A stretch of 64,000 bases of DNA, from NCBI GenBank assembly GCA_951406725.2, contig OX597815.1, forward strand, positions 61,938,001 through 62,002,000, given 5' to 3'. This document shows positions 1 to 11,705 of this stretch, piece after piece. A model generated the notes under the pieces. The model made no database searches. It was not told the origin of the DNA and was given only the letters and a program-made list of their open reading frames with translations. This stretch comes from Octopus vulgaris. Lineage: Eukaryota. Position numbers and translations under genes: made by a program. Numbering within the stretch: the first letter of the stretch is position 1; every line of letters begins with the position of its first letter.

Positions 1-45
1 TATGTATCTCTTTATACGCCTATATCTATCTATGTGTATATGTTT

Positions 46-530
46 GAGATATTTTGATGTGGTGTGAAAGAAGGAAAGTTGTAAATATAGTCGAGCTAAC
101 GGTTCCTCATGAAGATAATATGGACGCCGACTCGGGCTCGAAAATTTAGCCGTTATGTAAACCTCCTCGAGGAATGTGAAGACGCAGGCTGGAAAGCGGA
201 ACATCTTCCAATCGAAGTCGGATGTAGAAGGTTCGTTGGATACCGTGTGAGACGACTGTTGTTATCGCTAGGCCTAACTCATCGTAAAGTCAATACCACC
301 ATGACCGATATCCAATCTAGAGTGGAGAAGGCTAGCCACTGGATTTGGTTAAAAAGAGACGATGAGCGATGGCTAGAAGGATATTGAGCTTTATTTGATA
401 ATCAGCTGATCTAGTAAGCGGGGCCTCATATCAGTGAGGGGGGCCAGTGCGCATTGATGTCGTCGAGAGGTAGGCCCCGAAACGGCGCGCATTCTCTCCT
501 GATGACCCCATACACTTGGTGGCTTCCGGT
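46..530 (+). mobile_element. 3' end of a HERO-like (R2 group) non-LTR retrotransposon: restriction-like endonuclease C-terminus plus structured 3' UTR
   Basis: DILMWCERRKVVNIVELTVPHEDN, then after a frameshift RYVNLLEECEDAGWKAEHLPIEVGCRRFVG...EKASHWIWLKR* (stop at 387). The ELTVP and EVGCRxF motifs are typical of HERO-clade RLE. Confidence 0.8.
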
Positions 531-844
531 ATACAGAGCTTTTGACTGGTAGCACTTGCATGTGCAAGTTGTTTGCAAGACATATAAATGTTTGTGTGTA
601 TATAATATATGCATAGAAATGTATATTCGTTTTATGTGTGTGCATGCCTGTGTATTTATATGTGTATTCTTTTACGTGTGTATATGAATGCGTGTGTATG
701 TGCGCGTGTGTATATTTGTATGTATTTCAAGAACTGTTCTATATATGGTGGCTGTCAGAGAAAAACTAGAAGTTTCCTGTTCCGATGCAATCATCAGAAC
801 TTTCATCTATCGTCAACGTCAGGAGAAAAACACCACCAAGCATT

Positions 845-904
845 CATGTATGTATGTATGTATGTATGTATGTATGTATGTATGTATGTATGTATGTATG
901 TATG

Positions 905-938
<34 letters not shown>

Positions 939-960
939 TGTATGTATGTATGCTTGCATC

Positions 961-1046
<86 letters not shown>
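845..1046. repeat. Compound microsatellite (TATG)n/(TCTA)n, representative of the many simple-repeat tracts across the window
   Basis: Read directly. Similar (TA)n, (CA)n, (TAA)n, (TAG)n, (GAA)n and (CAT)n tracts explain most ORF-track entries. Confidence 0.98.
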
Positions 1047-1359
1047 ACACACGCAATTCTTCTAGGTGGTGCTCCAGTAGGTTCGCAGTCTAATAATCGA
1101 AAGAAGCAAAAGAAAACAGGGGAGATAATTTCATACGAATAAAACACAAGGAAGAACAGCGCGATTGTTATTAATATTATTAATGTTTAAACAGTTCATT
1201 GATAAAAGCAAAATATTTTTCCTTCATTCATCAATTTATTCTATCCCCCAAAATGCAAAGCTCGTGCTGTGTGTGTGTGTGTGCTTGTGTGTGCGTGCGC
1301 GCGCGCGTTTGTGTGTGTGCCTGGTTGTGTGAATTTGCACACACACATACACCCCCCGC

Positions 1360-1407
<48 letters not shown>

Positions 1408-1619
1408 ATGGATAGATAGATATAGATATACAAATAGTTGTTTAAGTGCTTTTGTATACAAATGACATTGGGATGAAGATTTACTTCCCTTTACCCCACA
1501 ACAGCTAAACCTTTGTCTAAAAACATCAGCCAGAAAGGTCTTGATTCTTGAGATCATCCCATTCCTTCTCAAGCGAGTGTGTTACCACCAGCTTTACCAT
1601 TATCTAGAAGCGAAGAAAA

Positions 1620-1735
1620 TATTGCTTTCAAATTTTTGCACAAGGCCAGCAAGTTCAGGGGATGGGTTAAGTCGATCAGATCGAACCCAAGGTTCAACTG
1701 ATACTTAATTTATCGATCCCGAAAGAATGAATGAC
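1620..1735 (-). mobile_element. SINE family B fragment
   Basis: Reverse complement matches ...tttcgggatcgataaattaagta...ggccttgtgc of the copy at 17677. Confidence 0.7.
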
Positions 1736-1904
1736 ATATTAAGATTTATCCTAGATGCTATTTATTCATCTTTGTTTTCCAGCTCCACGTCCCTGACCAT
1801 TCTGCGTTGATTCTATGTATTTTTGTTTTAATTACACGCACGCACACGCGCACGCGCGCACAATCACACACGCACACACAGACACACACACAGACACAGA
1901 CACA

Positions 1905-1942
<38 letters not shown>

Positions 1943-1966
1943 CGCATGTGTGTAAGTCTCTTTTTG

Positions 1967-2037
<71 letters not shown>

Positions 2038-2924
2038 AATTATGTATGTATGTGTATATATATATATCTATATATATATATATATATATAGATATGTGTG
2101 TGTGTGTGTGTGTTTGTACGTGTGTGTGTGTGTGTATGTATAAATATATGTGTACACAAATGCGCGTGCCTCTCTGTCTCTCTCTCTATATATATACACA
2201 CATACACACACACGCGCGCGCGTATATTTTTCTATACACATACATATAGGCACGAAAATGAATATGTTTAGCATGAGTTCATTTATATATTCATTTCTCG
2301 GTCCCGCCAATTATAATGGTGGTCAGCATGGCGTCTCCATCGCATGTGTGGACGTGCGTCTTCCGCGAGAGGGCGTCTTGTCACGTGTATGTGATTTTAG
2401 CGATTGTTCCGGTGGCGGAACAACGTACGTCACTGGATGAGGGGCAACATCCGTCTGGCGATGGTCAGAGGGGAGGATGAGAAGGTATATCTGTGCATCC
2501 GGTTCTCTAAGTAACACAGAATGTTTTGCAAAGATCGATAGAACCAATCCATATTGCTCTGTTGTCCTGCCCACATCTTAACACTTATCGACCCACTTTT
2601 CAGCCAGCTTCCTCTCACTCTCTCTCACACTCTCTCACTCTCTTCCTCTTCTCTCTCTCTCTCTCTCTCTCACGCACTCTATCTCCTGTTCATTTTTTTT
2701 GTCCTCTGCATTCTATTTTATTTATCAGGTTTCTTAATCTCTCTCTCCCCGCCTATCTCTAGCTAACATATAATCTGTCCATCTGCAATTCGGAGTCTCC
2801 TACCTCTTTCTGTTATTTCTATGCGTGTGCATAATGCACAAAAGCAAATACACACACACACACGCACACGCGCACTCACGCACGCACACTAACACATACA
2901 TATACATACATTCATACACACACG

Positions 2925-2979
<55 letters not shown>

Positions 2980-2997
2980 TTATGTATGTATGTATGA

Positions 2998-3029
<32 letters not shown>

Positions 3030-3035
<6 letters not shown>

Positions 3036-3586
3036 TCAATATAGGGTGGCAAAAGTGGGTGAATGGCCTATTATGGCCGTTCCTTGATTGTGATGTTGAA
3101 CTTAAAAATGGTTTATGACTATTTAATTTTTTCCCACTAGGCCGCTGGTGGCAAAAGAATTCTACAAAATTTTTTTTGCCACCCTATATTGATTAATTAT
3201 GAATTTTCTGGTTAATTCCGTAATGGAATCGGCGGCTTATATTTATTTGCTGCCGATAAATTTGGCGCGAGTGCGACGATTTGAAAATTTTAGGTCAGAT
3301 ATTGACGAGGTAGCAACGAGAATGCCTCGTGAAAAATATCTGTTCCGGCTTGGCTATTTCTTACTGATGAATCTAAGGGCCTATGGTAGATTGGCTTGAT
3401 TTAATTTAATCAGGTTAGTTTTCCATTAAACAGAAGATGAAACGGTGCATCGTCTAAGAAATTACAGGGTAAATGTTTTTCAATTTTCTCCTGGTTTACG
3501 GAATTGACGTTATTTTGCGGTTAAAGCTTTTGGCTGTTATTTCTAGTGGGTGAATGGCCTATTATGGCCGTTCCTTGATTGTGATG
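3030..3586 (+). mobile_element. Small non-coding hammerhead-bearing element (Penelope pLTR/retrozyme-like) embedded in (TA)n
   Basis: 25-bp inverted repeat at 3030-3054/3174-3198, 42-bp direct repeat at 3054-3095/3545-3586, internal hammerhead, and (TA)n on both sides. Confidence 0.7.
3356..3462 (+). ncRNA. Type I hammerhead ribozyme, intact core
   Basis: atttctta-CTGATGA-atct...agat-GAAAC-ggtgcatc-GTC-taagaaat. Stem I is 8 bp, stem II is 4 bp with a large insert, and the cleavage triplet is GUC. Confidence 0.85.
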
Positions 3587-3616
<30 letters not shown>

Positions 3617-3617
<1 letters not shown>

Positions 3618-3921
3618 GAGGCGCAATGGCCTAGTGGTTAGGGCAGCGGACTCGCGGTCGTAGGATCGCGGTTTCGATTCCCAGACCGGCGTTGTGAGTG
3701 TTTATTGAGTGAAAACACCTAAAGCTCCACGCGGCTCCGGCAGGGGGTGGTGGAGATCCCTGCTGTACTCTTTCGCCACAACTTTCTCTCACTCTTTCTT
3801 CTGTTGTCCTGCTCGCTTAGCCAGCGGGGTGGCGTCATTTGAAGGCTAAAACAATGCGAAGCGCATTGTGACCAGCGATATGTAACAACATCTGATAGCC
3901 TGGTCGGTCACGTTGATCACG

Positions 3922-3925
<4 letters not shown>
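3617..3925 (+). mobile_element. tRNA-derived SINE family C, apparently full length
   Basis: Head ggaggcgcaatggcctagtggttagg (A box) and ggtttcgattcc (B box). The tail gcgcattgtgaccagcgat...ggtcacg recurs at about 40690 and 49118. Confidence 0.85.
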
Positions 3926-3979
<54 letters not shown>

Positions 3980-4084
3980 TGCATGCACGTAAGTGTATAT
4001 GCATGTATTTTTGCATTAAAAGTCTTACACTTTTAACGACTTCAATCATTGGATGACGGCCAGACTGGGTTCCTCTTGATGAAT

Positions 4085-4210
4085 TTTTATCGATGAATTT
4101 AATCCAGGATACTTATTCTTTTACGTCTCTTTTTGTCGGACAGCTAAGTTACAGAAACTTAAACAATCCAACATCGGTTGTCAAAGCGTTTGGGGGAGAC
4201 AAACACAAGC
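4085..4210 (-). mobile_element. SINE family A 3' fragment
   Basis: acttattc...gctaagttac...catcggttgtcaa...gacaaacaca is shared with the other family A copies. Confidence 0.7.
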
Positions 4211-4924
4211 ACGAAACGCATACGCTTACACATATTCATAGAAATGTATATGTGTGTGTGTGTATGTGCTTGTGCGCGCGTGTGTGTGTGTGTGTGGATG
4301 TGTTTTCATGACCGTGTGTATTCATAGAAATCGATATGTGTGTGTGTGTATGTGCTTGTGTGTGTGTGTGTGGATGTGTTTTCATGACCGTGTGTATACA
4401 TACGTACGTGGACACACATATAAGAAATATTGTTTTGGGGTTTGGAAATGTGCCTAACTCTTAAAAGGCATAGTTAAAAATATCCAAGTCGTAGTAAATA
4501 AGGAAAGTAAATGAGAAATATAAAGCAAAACTCAATACTTTATAACACCACAAAATAAGTTAGAAAACAGTTTATTCGACTCAACGAAAAACGACTAGAA
4601 AATCAAAAATGATAAAAGCAAACTAAAAAGTGAAGGGTTCCCGGAATTCGAAACCCTAATTTTAAGCCACTGTGTAGTTACGTTTTTTCGACATTATTTA
4701 CTGACGTCACCCTAAGTCTGACCAATAGGATTTTGATTTTGGTTAAAAGTGGACACTGCAAAAAAGAAAAGGGAAAACACAAGTGATGCAATTAAACATT
4801 CAGCAGACCATGACATAAGAAAAACAAGTGACGTGTTAAGGGAGTCAGCCGACTGGAACCCTGGAAGAAACAAGTGACCAAAACATTTGATGAACAAATT
4901 AAGTTTTTAGGCATTCAACCAATC

Positions 4925-4995
4925 AGCATCGAAAGGTTCCTTGACTACTCGTATTACTTTTGTGTCGTCGGCATAGCTAGTAATTGTGGAGAGTT
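4925..4995 (-). pseudogene. Tiny non-LTR reverse transcriptase fragment (CR1/L2-like YADDT)
   Basis: Minus strand reads STITSYADDTKVIRVVK. Confidence 0.5.
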
Positions 4996-5049
4996 AGGAT
5001 GGAGGAATGGTAGGTGAGGGGGAAAAGGAAGCTAGTAAAGATGGGGTGA

Positions 5050-5400
5050 GGGGGGGAGAGAGACAAGAGGCACGGTCAACGGATCATGCTTGGGCAAAGG
5101 GAGTTTGCATAATGGTGAGGGGATATCCACCACTTAGGATGAAGTGGCGAGCCATGAGTTGGGATTAGGTCTCAAAATCATGGCCACCACTGCAGAGACA
5201 GCGTAGATGGAAGAACTGGGGATAGGGAATGGAGAATTTGGTGTGGGTAGAATAGGAGGAGAAAAAGTTGAGATAGGAGTGTGAGTCTATGTGTTTGTAG
5301 TGGATGGCGGTGGTAAATGCGGAGTGGTATATACTAAGGGTCGGATCCAGGGATCCAAGTGTAGGACGTTTTAACTTCAAGTAGTGCGTAACAGGCATAG
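5050..5400 (-). mobile_element. Penelope-like element RT C-terminal fragment (Neptune/Poseidon-type)
   Basis: SLDPTLSI...TAIHYKHIDSHSYLNFFSSYSTHTKFSIPYPQFFHLRCLCS...HFILSGYP matches the PLE pattern FLD..K.TD...YL...S.HP...SIPYSQ..R+CS..RGYP. Confidence 0.8.
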
Positions 5401-5599
5401 AAAACAAAAAGTGGACAGTTTATTGACATCAAAGGTTACACCCTTTCCCTCCATATCGAAGTTACTAGGAAATTCGATGAGCTGAAAGTGTCTGTGTTGC
5501 TCATGGTTAGCAACTAAAGTTGCTATGAATACGAATGAAAATCTTAATTGAAGGAGTGGAACGGTTAAAATCCAGGCTACGTGTTTCTTAGCTTGCTGA

Positions 5600-6032
5600 T
5601 CCTCTGATAAAATAATCCTTTCTAACAATTAGCGTAAGAATCCGACGGTCCCTATCTGAAGGTTTTTGGTTTTCTTCCGGAGTTTTGTTTCGACGAGGAG
5701 GTTTTCCCTCTTTCTCAAAGGCTGTCATTACTTTTGAGACAGTACTTCTTGATACACCAAACATTTCGGCTGTTTTTGTTACGCTAGCGCCTGGCATAAG
5801 AGCACCAACAATTTGACCTCTTTCAAAGACCGATAGATCTGTCATTTTAATGAATTTTAATTACCTTATTCTGATGATATCTGAAAAGCAACAGCAATTT
5901 TAGCAAAACATATTAAGCAACACTAATAATAAATCAAAAAACAAAAATAAACAAGCTGTTGCCGTTTTTACAGATATTTCAAAATTATGATGCTATGATG
6001 CTAGGTGTTTCTATTATTTTGTCCAACATCTG
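5600..6032 (-). mobile_element. Tc1-like DNA transposon, 5' part (TIR plus transposase HTH)
   Basis: MTDLSVFERGQIVGALMPGASVTKTAEMFGVSRSTVSKVMTAF is a Tc1 paired HTH. The terminus cagatgttggacaaaataatagaaacacc lies next to (TA)n. Confidence 0.85.
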
Positions 6033-6067
6033 TGTATATATAAATATAAATATAAATATAAATATAA

Positions 6068-6132
<65 letters not shown>

Positions 6133-6137
<5 letters not shown>

Positions 6138-6516
6138 AGCAAAACGCCCCCTGTCCAATGGACGGTGCTGAGTTGTCAAACATTTAAACCAAATTTTCTC
6201 AAAACAACTTGTCCGACCGTCCCATAGGCCTCCCCTTTGAGAAACACTGATTTAACCTACATTTGAGACACCAGCAAAAGAAGAAATAAAGATAGACTTT
6301 TTTCTATTGCAAGAAAAACGATTTTACAAATGCACGTTCCCACGGCTTTATCGATCGCATTCTCACCTGGAATCGATTTTTTGTAATTTTTTTCAAGACT
6401 TATAAACGCCCTGATACCGTCGGTATCTACATATCAAATTTGAGTGCAATCGGATGGAGGATGCCAGAGATCCTAGAAAACACACACACAGACAGAACGG
6501 ATAATATATAATAGAT
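6133..6516 (-). mobile_element. Non-autonomous Helitron-like element
   Basis: Minus strand starts atctattatatatt...ctgtctgtgtg and ends in a GC-rich patch followed by ctggt (CTRR-like). Confidence 0.55.
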
Positions 6517-6517
6517 A

Positions 6518-6604
<87 letters not shown>

Positions 6605-6675
6605 GTAAACAAGGATAAAATCATGTAAAAGCTAATATTAAGTGGTCAGCATGTGGTAAAGTTATGATAAAATAA

Positions 6676-7210
6676 TCTATACGTATAAAACTGAGAATGT
6701 GTGTCTGTCTATCTGTCTGTCTGTGTGAATCCCTAAAACTTGAGAACTACACAACCAATTTCATTCAAATTTTACACATGCCTTACTTAGGGTCCATGTA
6801 GTGTCATGGGCAAAACATTTTTTTTAACTTCTTGCCGAGGGCGAGCCCACAGCAATATCATATCGTCTCCACTATTTCAGTATTACGTGTTAAAAGTGAA
6901 ACAAAACATCTCTGAATTGTAATGTCAGACGCTTTCACTTTAATACTGAAACTGTTAAAGTGTAACTATTATATAAGACGGATGAACTGTTACTGGACAT
7001 CCATTACGCTAGAAGAAGATCCACTATCGTCTTACTACTAACAAAGGAATGGTAAGACCATAGTGGATCTTCTTCTACCATAATGGATGTCCACTAACAG
7101 CTCATCCCTCTTATATATATGTAATATAATTTTTTCTGAAACTTCAGACTTTTCAATATGCTACACCACTGGTTTTAAATTGATATTAATCAAATTAATA
7201 TTAAATTTTT
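6676..7210 (+). mobile_element. Non-autonomous Helitron-like element, 5' part, interrupted by a palindromic insert
   Basis: tctatacgtataaaa...(tgtc)n...accaatttcattcaaattttacac is a typical Helitron-derived 5' end. Confidence 0.55.
6970..7117. repeat. Fold-back palindrome with about 66-bp arms and 16-nt loop, TA-flanked (MITE-like)
   Basis: 6970-7035 is the near-perfect reverse complement of 7052-7117. Confidence 0.9.
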
Positions 7211-7214
7211 CACC

Positions 7215-7340
7215 CTTCAGCCGAAATTGCGAGGATGATCCGGTTCTTGACTGAAGATGGAAGGCTTCGAATGTCCCGTCCGTGATTTTTGTATCGTCTT
7301 CTAAATGTTTTGCGTTCTTGTCACAGTTTGTATTTTTTTA

Positions 7341-7342
<2 letters not shown>
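7215..7342 (+). mobile_element. 3' end of an unidentified (TA)n-associated retroposon family G
   Basis: cagccgaaatt..gatgatccggttcttgactgaaga...gcgttcttgtc...tgtattttt is also present at 12345-12485 and 59232-59597. Confidence 0.75.
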
Positions 7343-7407
<65 letters not shown>

Positions 7408-7625
7408 GAAATATTAAAATTACTAAGTCTCTCTAAAAGAGAACAACGGCAGCGTTCCCGGAAAATAATAGTTATCGCCAACTAATATGGCATTCTTATA
7501 AAAATAAGATAAGCTGTCCGTTATTATATACATCGCCTTAAGTTAGCTATTTGATACAGAAACTGTATTATATGAAAACAAGTGGATGTATCCACGAAGC
7601 TGTAAATATCGAACAGAGTACCTAT

Positions 7626-7661
7626 ATGCATTGAAAAGGGGCACCCGAAACGCGTCTGTAG
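7626..7661 (+). ncRNA. Degenerate minimal hammerhead
   Basis: tgca-TTGAAAA-ggg gca ccc-GAAAC-gc-GTC-tgta. All three stems are present, with two core substitutions. Confidence 0.55.
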
Positions 7662-7933
7662 CTGCCGGTCAAGTAGTGTGGAGCGATGACCTCCCTTGTT
7701 ATGTTATATGGATATGTAATAAGGCGATGGCCTCATGGAGCTAATGCAGCTTTATTCTTATATATATAGATGTATATGTATACTATGTATTTCTATCGAT
7801 ATAGATGTATATGTATACATGTATATGTGTAGATGTACATATATATAGATGTACATGTAATATATACACATATATATATACACATATATACATGCATACA
7901 TATATATACCCATACACACATACATACATACAT

Positions 7934-8243
7934 AGGTGCAGGTGTGGCTGTGTGGTAACAAACTTCGTTCCAAAACACATGATCCTGGGTTCAGTCCTAC
8001 TGTGTGGTGACTTGGCATGCATTTTCTGCTATAACCTCAGACCAACCAAAGCCTTGTCAGTGGATTTTGTAGACAGAAACTGAAAAAAATCAATTGTACA
8101 TATATGTATGTATATATGTAAGTCTATGTGCGTGTCTTTGTGTTTCTCCCTCATCACTGCTTCACAACTGCTGCTCGTTTATTTACAGCCCCATAACTTA
8201 CTGGTTTCACAAAAAGAAACTGATAGAATAAGTACCAGGCTTA
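7934..8243 (+). mobile_element. SINE family A (tRNA-like head ggcgcaggagtggctgtgtggtaag)
   Basis: gtggctgtgtggtaa...gggttcagtcc...accaaagccttg...gaaactgaaa...tagaataagtac. Confidence 0.85.
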
Positions 8244-8254
8244 TCAACATAAAA

Positions 8255-9769
8255 AAACCCTACTACGCAGTGTGTCATATTTTTGTTTGCCCACTCAGTT
8301 GTATATGCAATATGTTTGGTTTGAATTTCAGATGGCTTAAAGTGGGCAGAACCCCTATGAAAATTCAGAAATTTTCGATGTTGATGAAATATCAACCATG
8401 GGTAATTTACACACATCAAGAAGTATTCTCAAAGTTTCCACTTCACATGAGGATTCTAAGACATTCTAATGGGGGCCTTAACTCCCAAATTTTAGTGATT
8501 TCTTTTATGATCCAAAACTAGGTCAAAAGTACTAAATGGATCTTTACGAAATTTGGAAATTATATTCTATGCATAAGGGCCACAACCCCCATGACAATTC
8601 ATATATTTTTGCTGTTGATGACATTTTAACCATAGATATTAGATACAAATGAAGTCATATTTATAAAATTTCCTCTTCTTACAAGTTAGAAAGACCCCTT
8701 CATAGGGACTTAACACCCACAATTTTGTCATTTTATCTAAGCAAAGACGAATACACTTGTACTCTTGGAAGCTGTAGGGTCACCCGAGCATAAAAGATGA
8801 GCATTATTTGTAATTCAATGGTACAAAAGTGTAAGAGTTTGCTTTGACATACACTTAGCTTGTGATTTCTGCAATGTGCTGCATAAATTGTCAAGTAAAT
8901 GAGAGACATCTTTGCTTCCACTGATTTAGCTGCAAAGTGTTGAGTAAAGTTATTTGATTGCAGACCTCCTTTCACTCTTTTTATTATCACTGGGTCATAC
9001 ATAGTCCCCAGATGGTAACATTGATTTCAAGGCCTTCCCACATGAGTGACCGGTTATTCAAAGACATTTATAGACTGTAAATTTATTCTGTCCAGTTACG
9101 TATCAGTATAGTGGTCATTTGCAAACTCCAACTTTCATTTCTCCTTGGCCCTCACGTCACACAGTTGTTAATGTTTATTTCAGTTGGGTCACGCCCTTCC
9201 AATTGCTATAGATTCGTAATGCATCTTACGGCTGTGCTTGTCAACTGCATGGTGACGAATACTACATTGGGAGTGGTACCGACTAGGGTACTGTAGCTGA
9301 CTGCTTATTGTGATCATTCGTCTTTTGGTTTCCTGTAGCTTTGCTCTCTTTTACAAATCCAGTGAACATATATTTCCTATTTCAAAGAAATTCAAACAAT
9401 TGATATAGGACCCAAGTTTAAAAGATTCTCAACAATTCCACTTCTTTGATTGACAATAAGACGCCCACCCCCAATAGGGGCCTTAACTCTCACATTTTAG
9501 AGCTCCATGACCTCCATTTTTCAGGAGCAAAATCCTTTTAACAGGTTCTATAAGACTGGAATTTTGGAATATGCACATAAAAATCAGTAGTATGGGATAC
9601 ATGTGGCACGATTACAATTTTTTAGGGTGTGTAAAGAGGAAAACAACCCACATCTGCAATTTTGATGAAATTCGAAATATAAGTATTCCAGTTCATTACA
9701 GAAAATATAACAGAAAAGATTAATACTTCAATTGCATGTAACACGGGCAACGCCGGGTAACTCTGCTGG

Positions 9770-9770
<1 letters not shown>
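8255..9770 (+). mobile_element. Helitron-like element with internal repeated motifs
   Basis: Recurrent ggggccttaactc/acccc..gaaaattc motifs at about 8470, 8704 and 9477. The 3' end is cgggcaacgccgggtaactctgctggt (hairpin plus CTRR-like end). Confidence 0.45.
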
Positions 9771-9819
<49 letters not shown>

Positions 9820-9829
9820 ACATAATTGA

Positions 9830-9988
9830 ATAAGGAACAGAAGAAACCCCGCTCCAACATGCTGTAAGAATACGCCCAAAAATGTTATAAACCACCAACC
9901 CATATTTTTGCAAGAGCTAAAGGTGGTTTATAACGTTTTTTGGCGTATTCTTACAGCATGTTGGAGCAGGGTCTTTCCTGTTCCCTTA
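9830..9988. repeat. Fold-back palindrome with about 66-bp arms and 25-nt loop, within (TA)n
   Basis: 9830-9896 matches the reverse complement of 9922-9988 (gctccaacatgctgtaagaatacgcc...ttataaaccacc). Confidence 0.9.
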
Positions 9989-10031
9989 TATAATTTTTTA
10001 ATGTATGTATATATATATAATTATTATTTTA

Positions 10032-10089
<58 letters not shown>

Positions 10090-10895
10090 TTGTAAATATT
10101 AAGGGTTTATTCGGAACGTTTACCAGTTTGCTCTCAGCTAAGTATTCAAAATAGGCTATCCAACAGTTAATATATAAATCCATAATATGTTCATAAAGTA
10201 AGAATTTAGAGGTATATTCCGTTGGATAATTCTGAATACATTACCTTAACCATATGGGTTTCCTGGAGCATATAATCTAAAAATCAACAACAATAATAAT
10301 ACGATTTATTACGAAATGGTATAGCAGTACTTTTTATCCTCTATACACACACACACACACACATATGTATATATATATATATATATATATATGTTGGACG
10401 CATTCTTGTCTGTCTCCTAACAGAGCATTCTTTATATATATATATATTGGACGCATTCTTGTCTGTCTCCTGGCAGAGCTTGTTTCTCAGCGTTCACCAA
10501 CTCAACTCATCTAGGCTTAGCAGCCCTTCCTGTTTGTTTTCACTGTCATGTTTTTGTTACCAAATTTGACCCTCCGCAAAATCCCGTAAGTGTTATGTCG
10601 AAATGGTACCTCGTTGTGAATTGCTCGAAATACGAAGTAGAAAAACAGCCGACAACTGATGAAGTGTCGTTTTTTCATACTTGTCTTGTTTTCCATTTGT
10701 TTCTTTTGTTGTTCGCCCAAAAATTTCGTATTCCATGTCTTCGTTTTTCGTATTTCATGTTGTTTACGTTCCCATATATGCATGTGCCCATATATGCATG
10801 TATATACAAATATATGTACGTACATATATATATATGTGTGTGTATGTATGCATATATATTTATTATATATATGTGTGTATGTATGCATATATATT

Positions 10896-10957
<62 letters not shown>

Positions 10958-11454
10958 CTTTACATAGACCGATACATGTTTCAACTGCATTGATTAGTAA
11001 CTGTTGCAATTGCAGCCTCACTATAATACTGGTGCAGTTTCTTCACGGTCTTTACTTAATATCCTTTGATTTAACTGTTTATACATGCACTAAACACACA
11101 TATATAATATATAAATGTGTATTTTATGCATGATTGTTTGTGCTGGCTCGAGGATAAAGGTGGCATATAATTGGTTCTCTTTTCTCTACCATTTCTCCTA
11201 AAACACCATAAGCTATCCAGACAGGTAAATAGTTCAGCGCACTCTGATTGGTCAACACTTTGTAGCGTGTCATACATCAATTTGGTTCTTAAAACCTTGT
11301 CTCATGCTATGTTTCCCATTACTGTCTCCCCATGCCAGCATCTTCTTCAACAAAATAATCATTATCTTCTTCCTCATTTTGACTTAGTTTATCATTCATT
11401 ATCGTCATCTCATGCTCCGGTTGCAAATGAAGAAATATTTATTATTAATGGGGC

Positions 11455-11667
11455 TTGAAGAATCGTCAGTGCATCGGAGAAAATGCTTAGCTGTCTTTTT
11501 TCCAGCTCTTTATGTTATAAGTTCAAATATCAGCATGGTCAGCGGTCACCTATGCCTTTCAACCCAGCAGGATCGGTAAAATGTAGTACCTGTGAAGTAA
11601 TGAGACTGATGTAATCAGGTCGCCGCCTTCTTACAAATTTGCTGATCTTGTGCCAAAATTAGAAATT
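11455..11667 (+). mobile_element. SINE family B, diverged
   Basis: gaatcgtcag...aaatgcttag...agttcaaat...tgatcttgtgccaaaattagaaa, followed by (ACT)n. Confidence 0.7.
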
Positions 11668-11673
11668 ACAACA

Positions 11674-11705
<32 letters not shown>

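Noticed and set aside
609-1142. Long ORFs made of YVCM/YLSI/IY/HT repeats (also 36046-37346, 43744-44253, 47404-48134, 63482-63811 and others)
   Set aside because: These are translations of microsatellites that lack stop codons, not genes.
3617-3690. tRNA-like A/B boxes
   Set aside because: Continues into a SINE body whose tail recurs elsewhere and has no proper acceptor stem, so it is not a tRNA gene.
5871-5890. Isolated CTGATGA words (also 10655, 26112, 27845, 40093, 41250)
   Set aside because: No properly spaced stem II, GAAA and GUH, so these are not counted as hammerheads.
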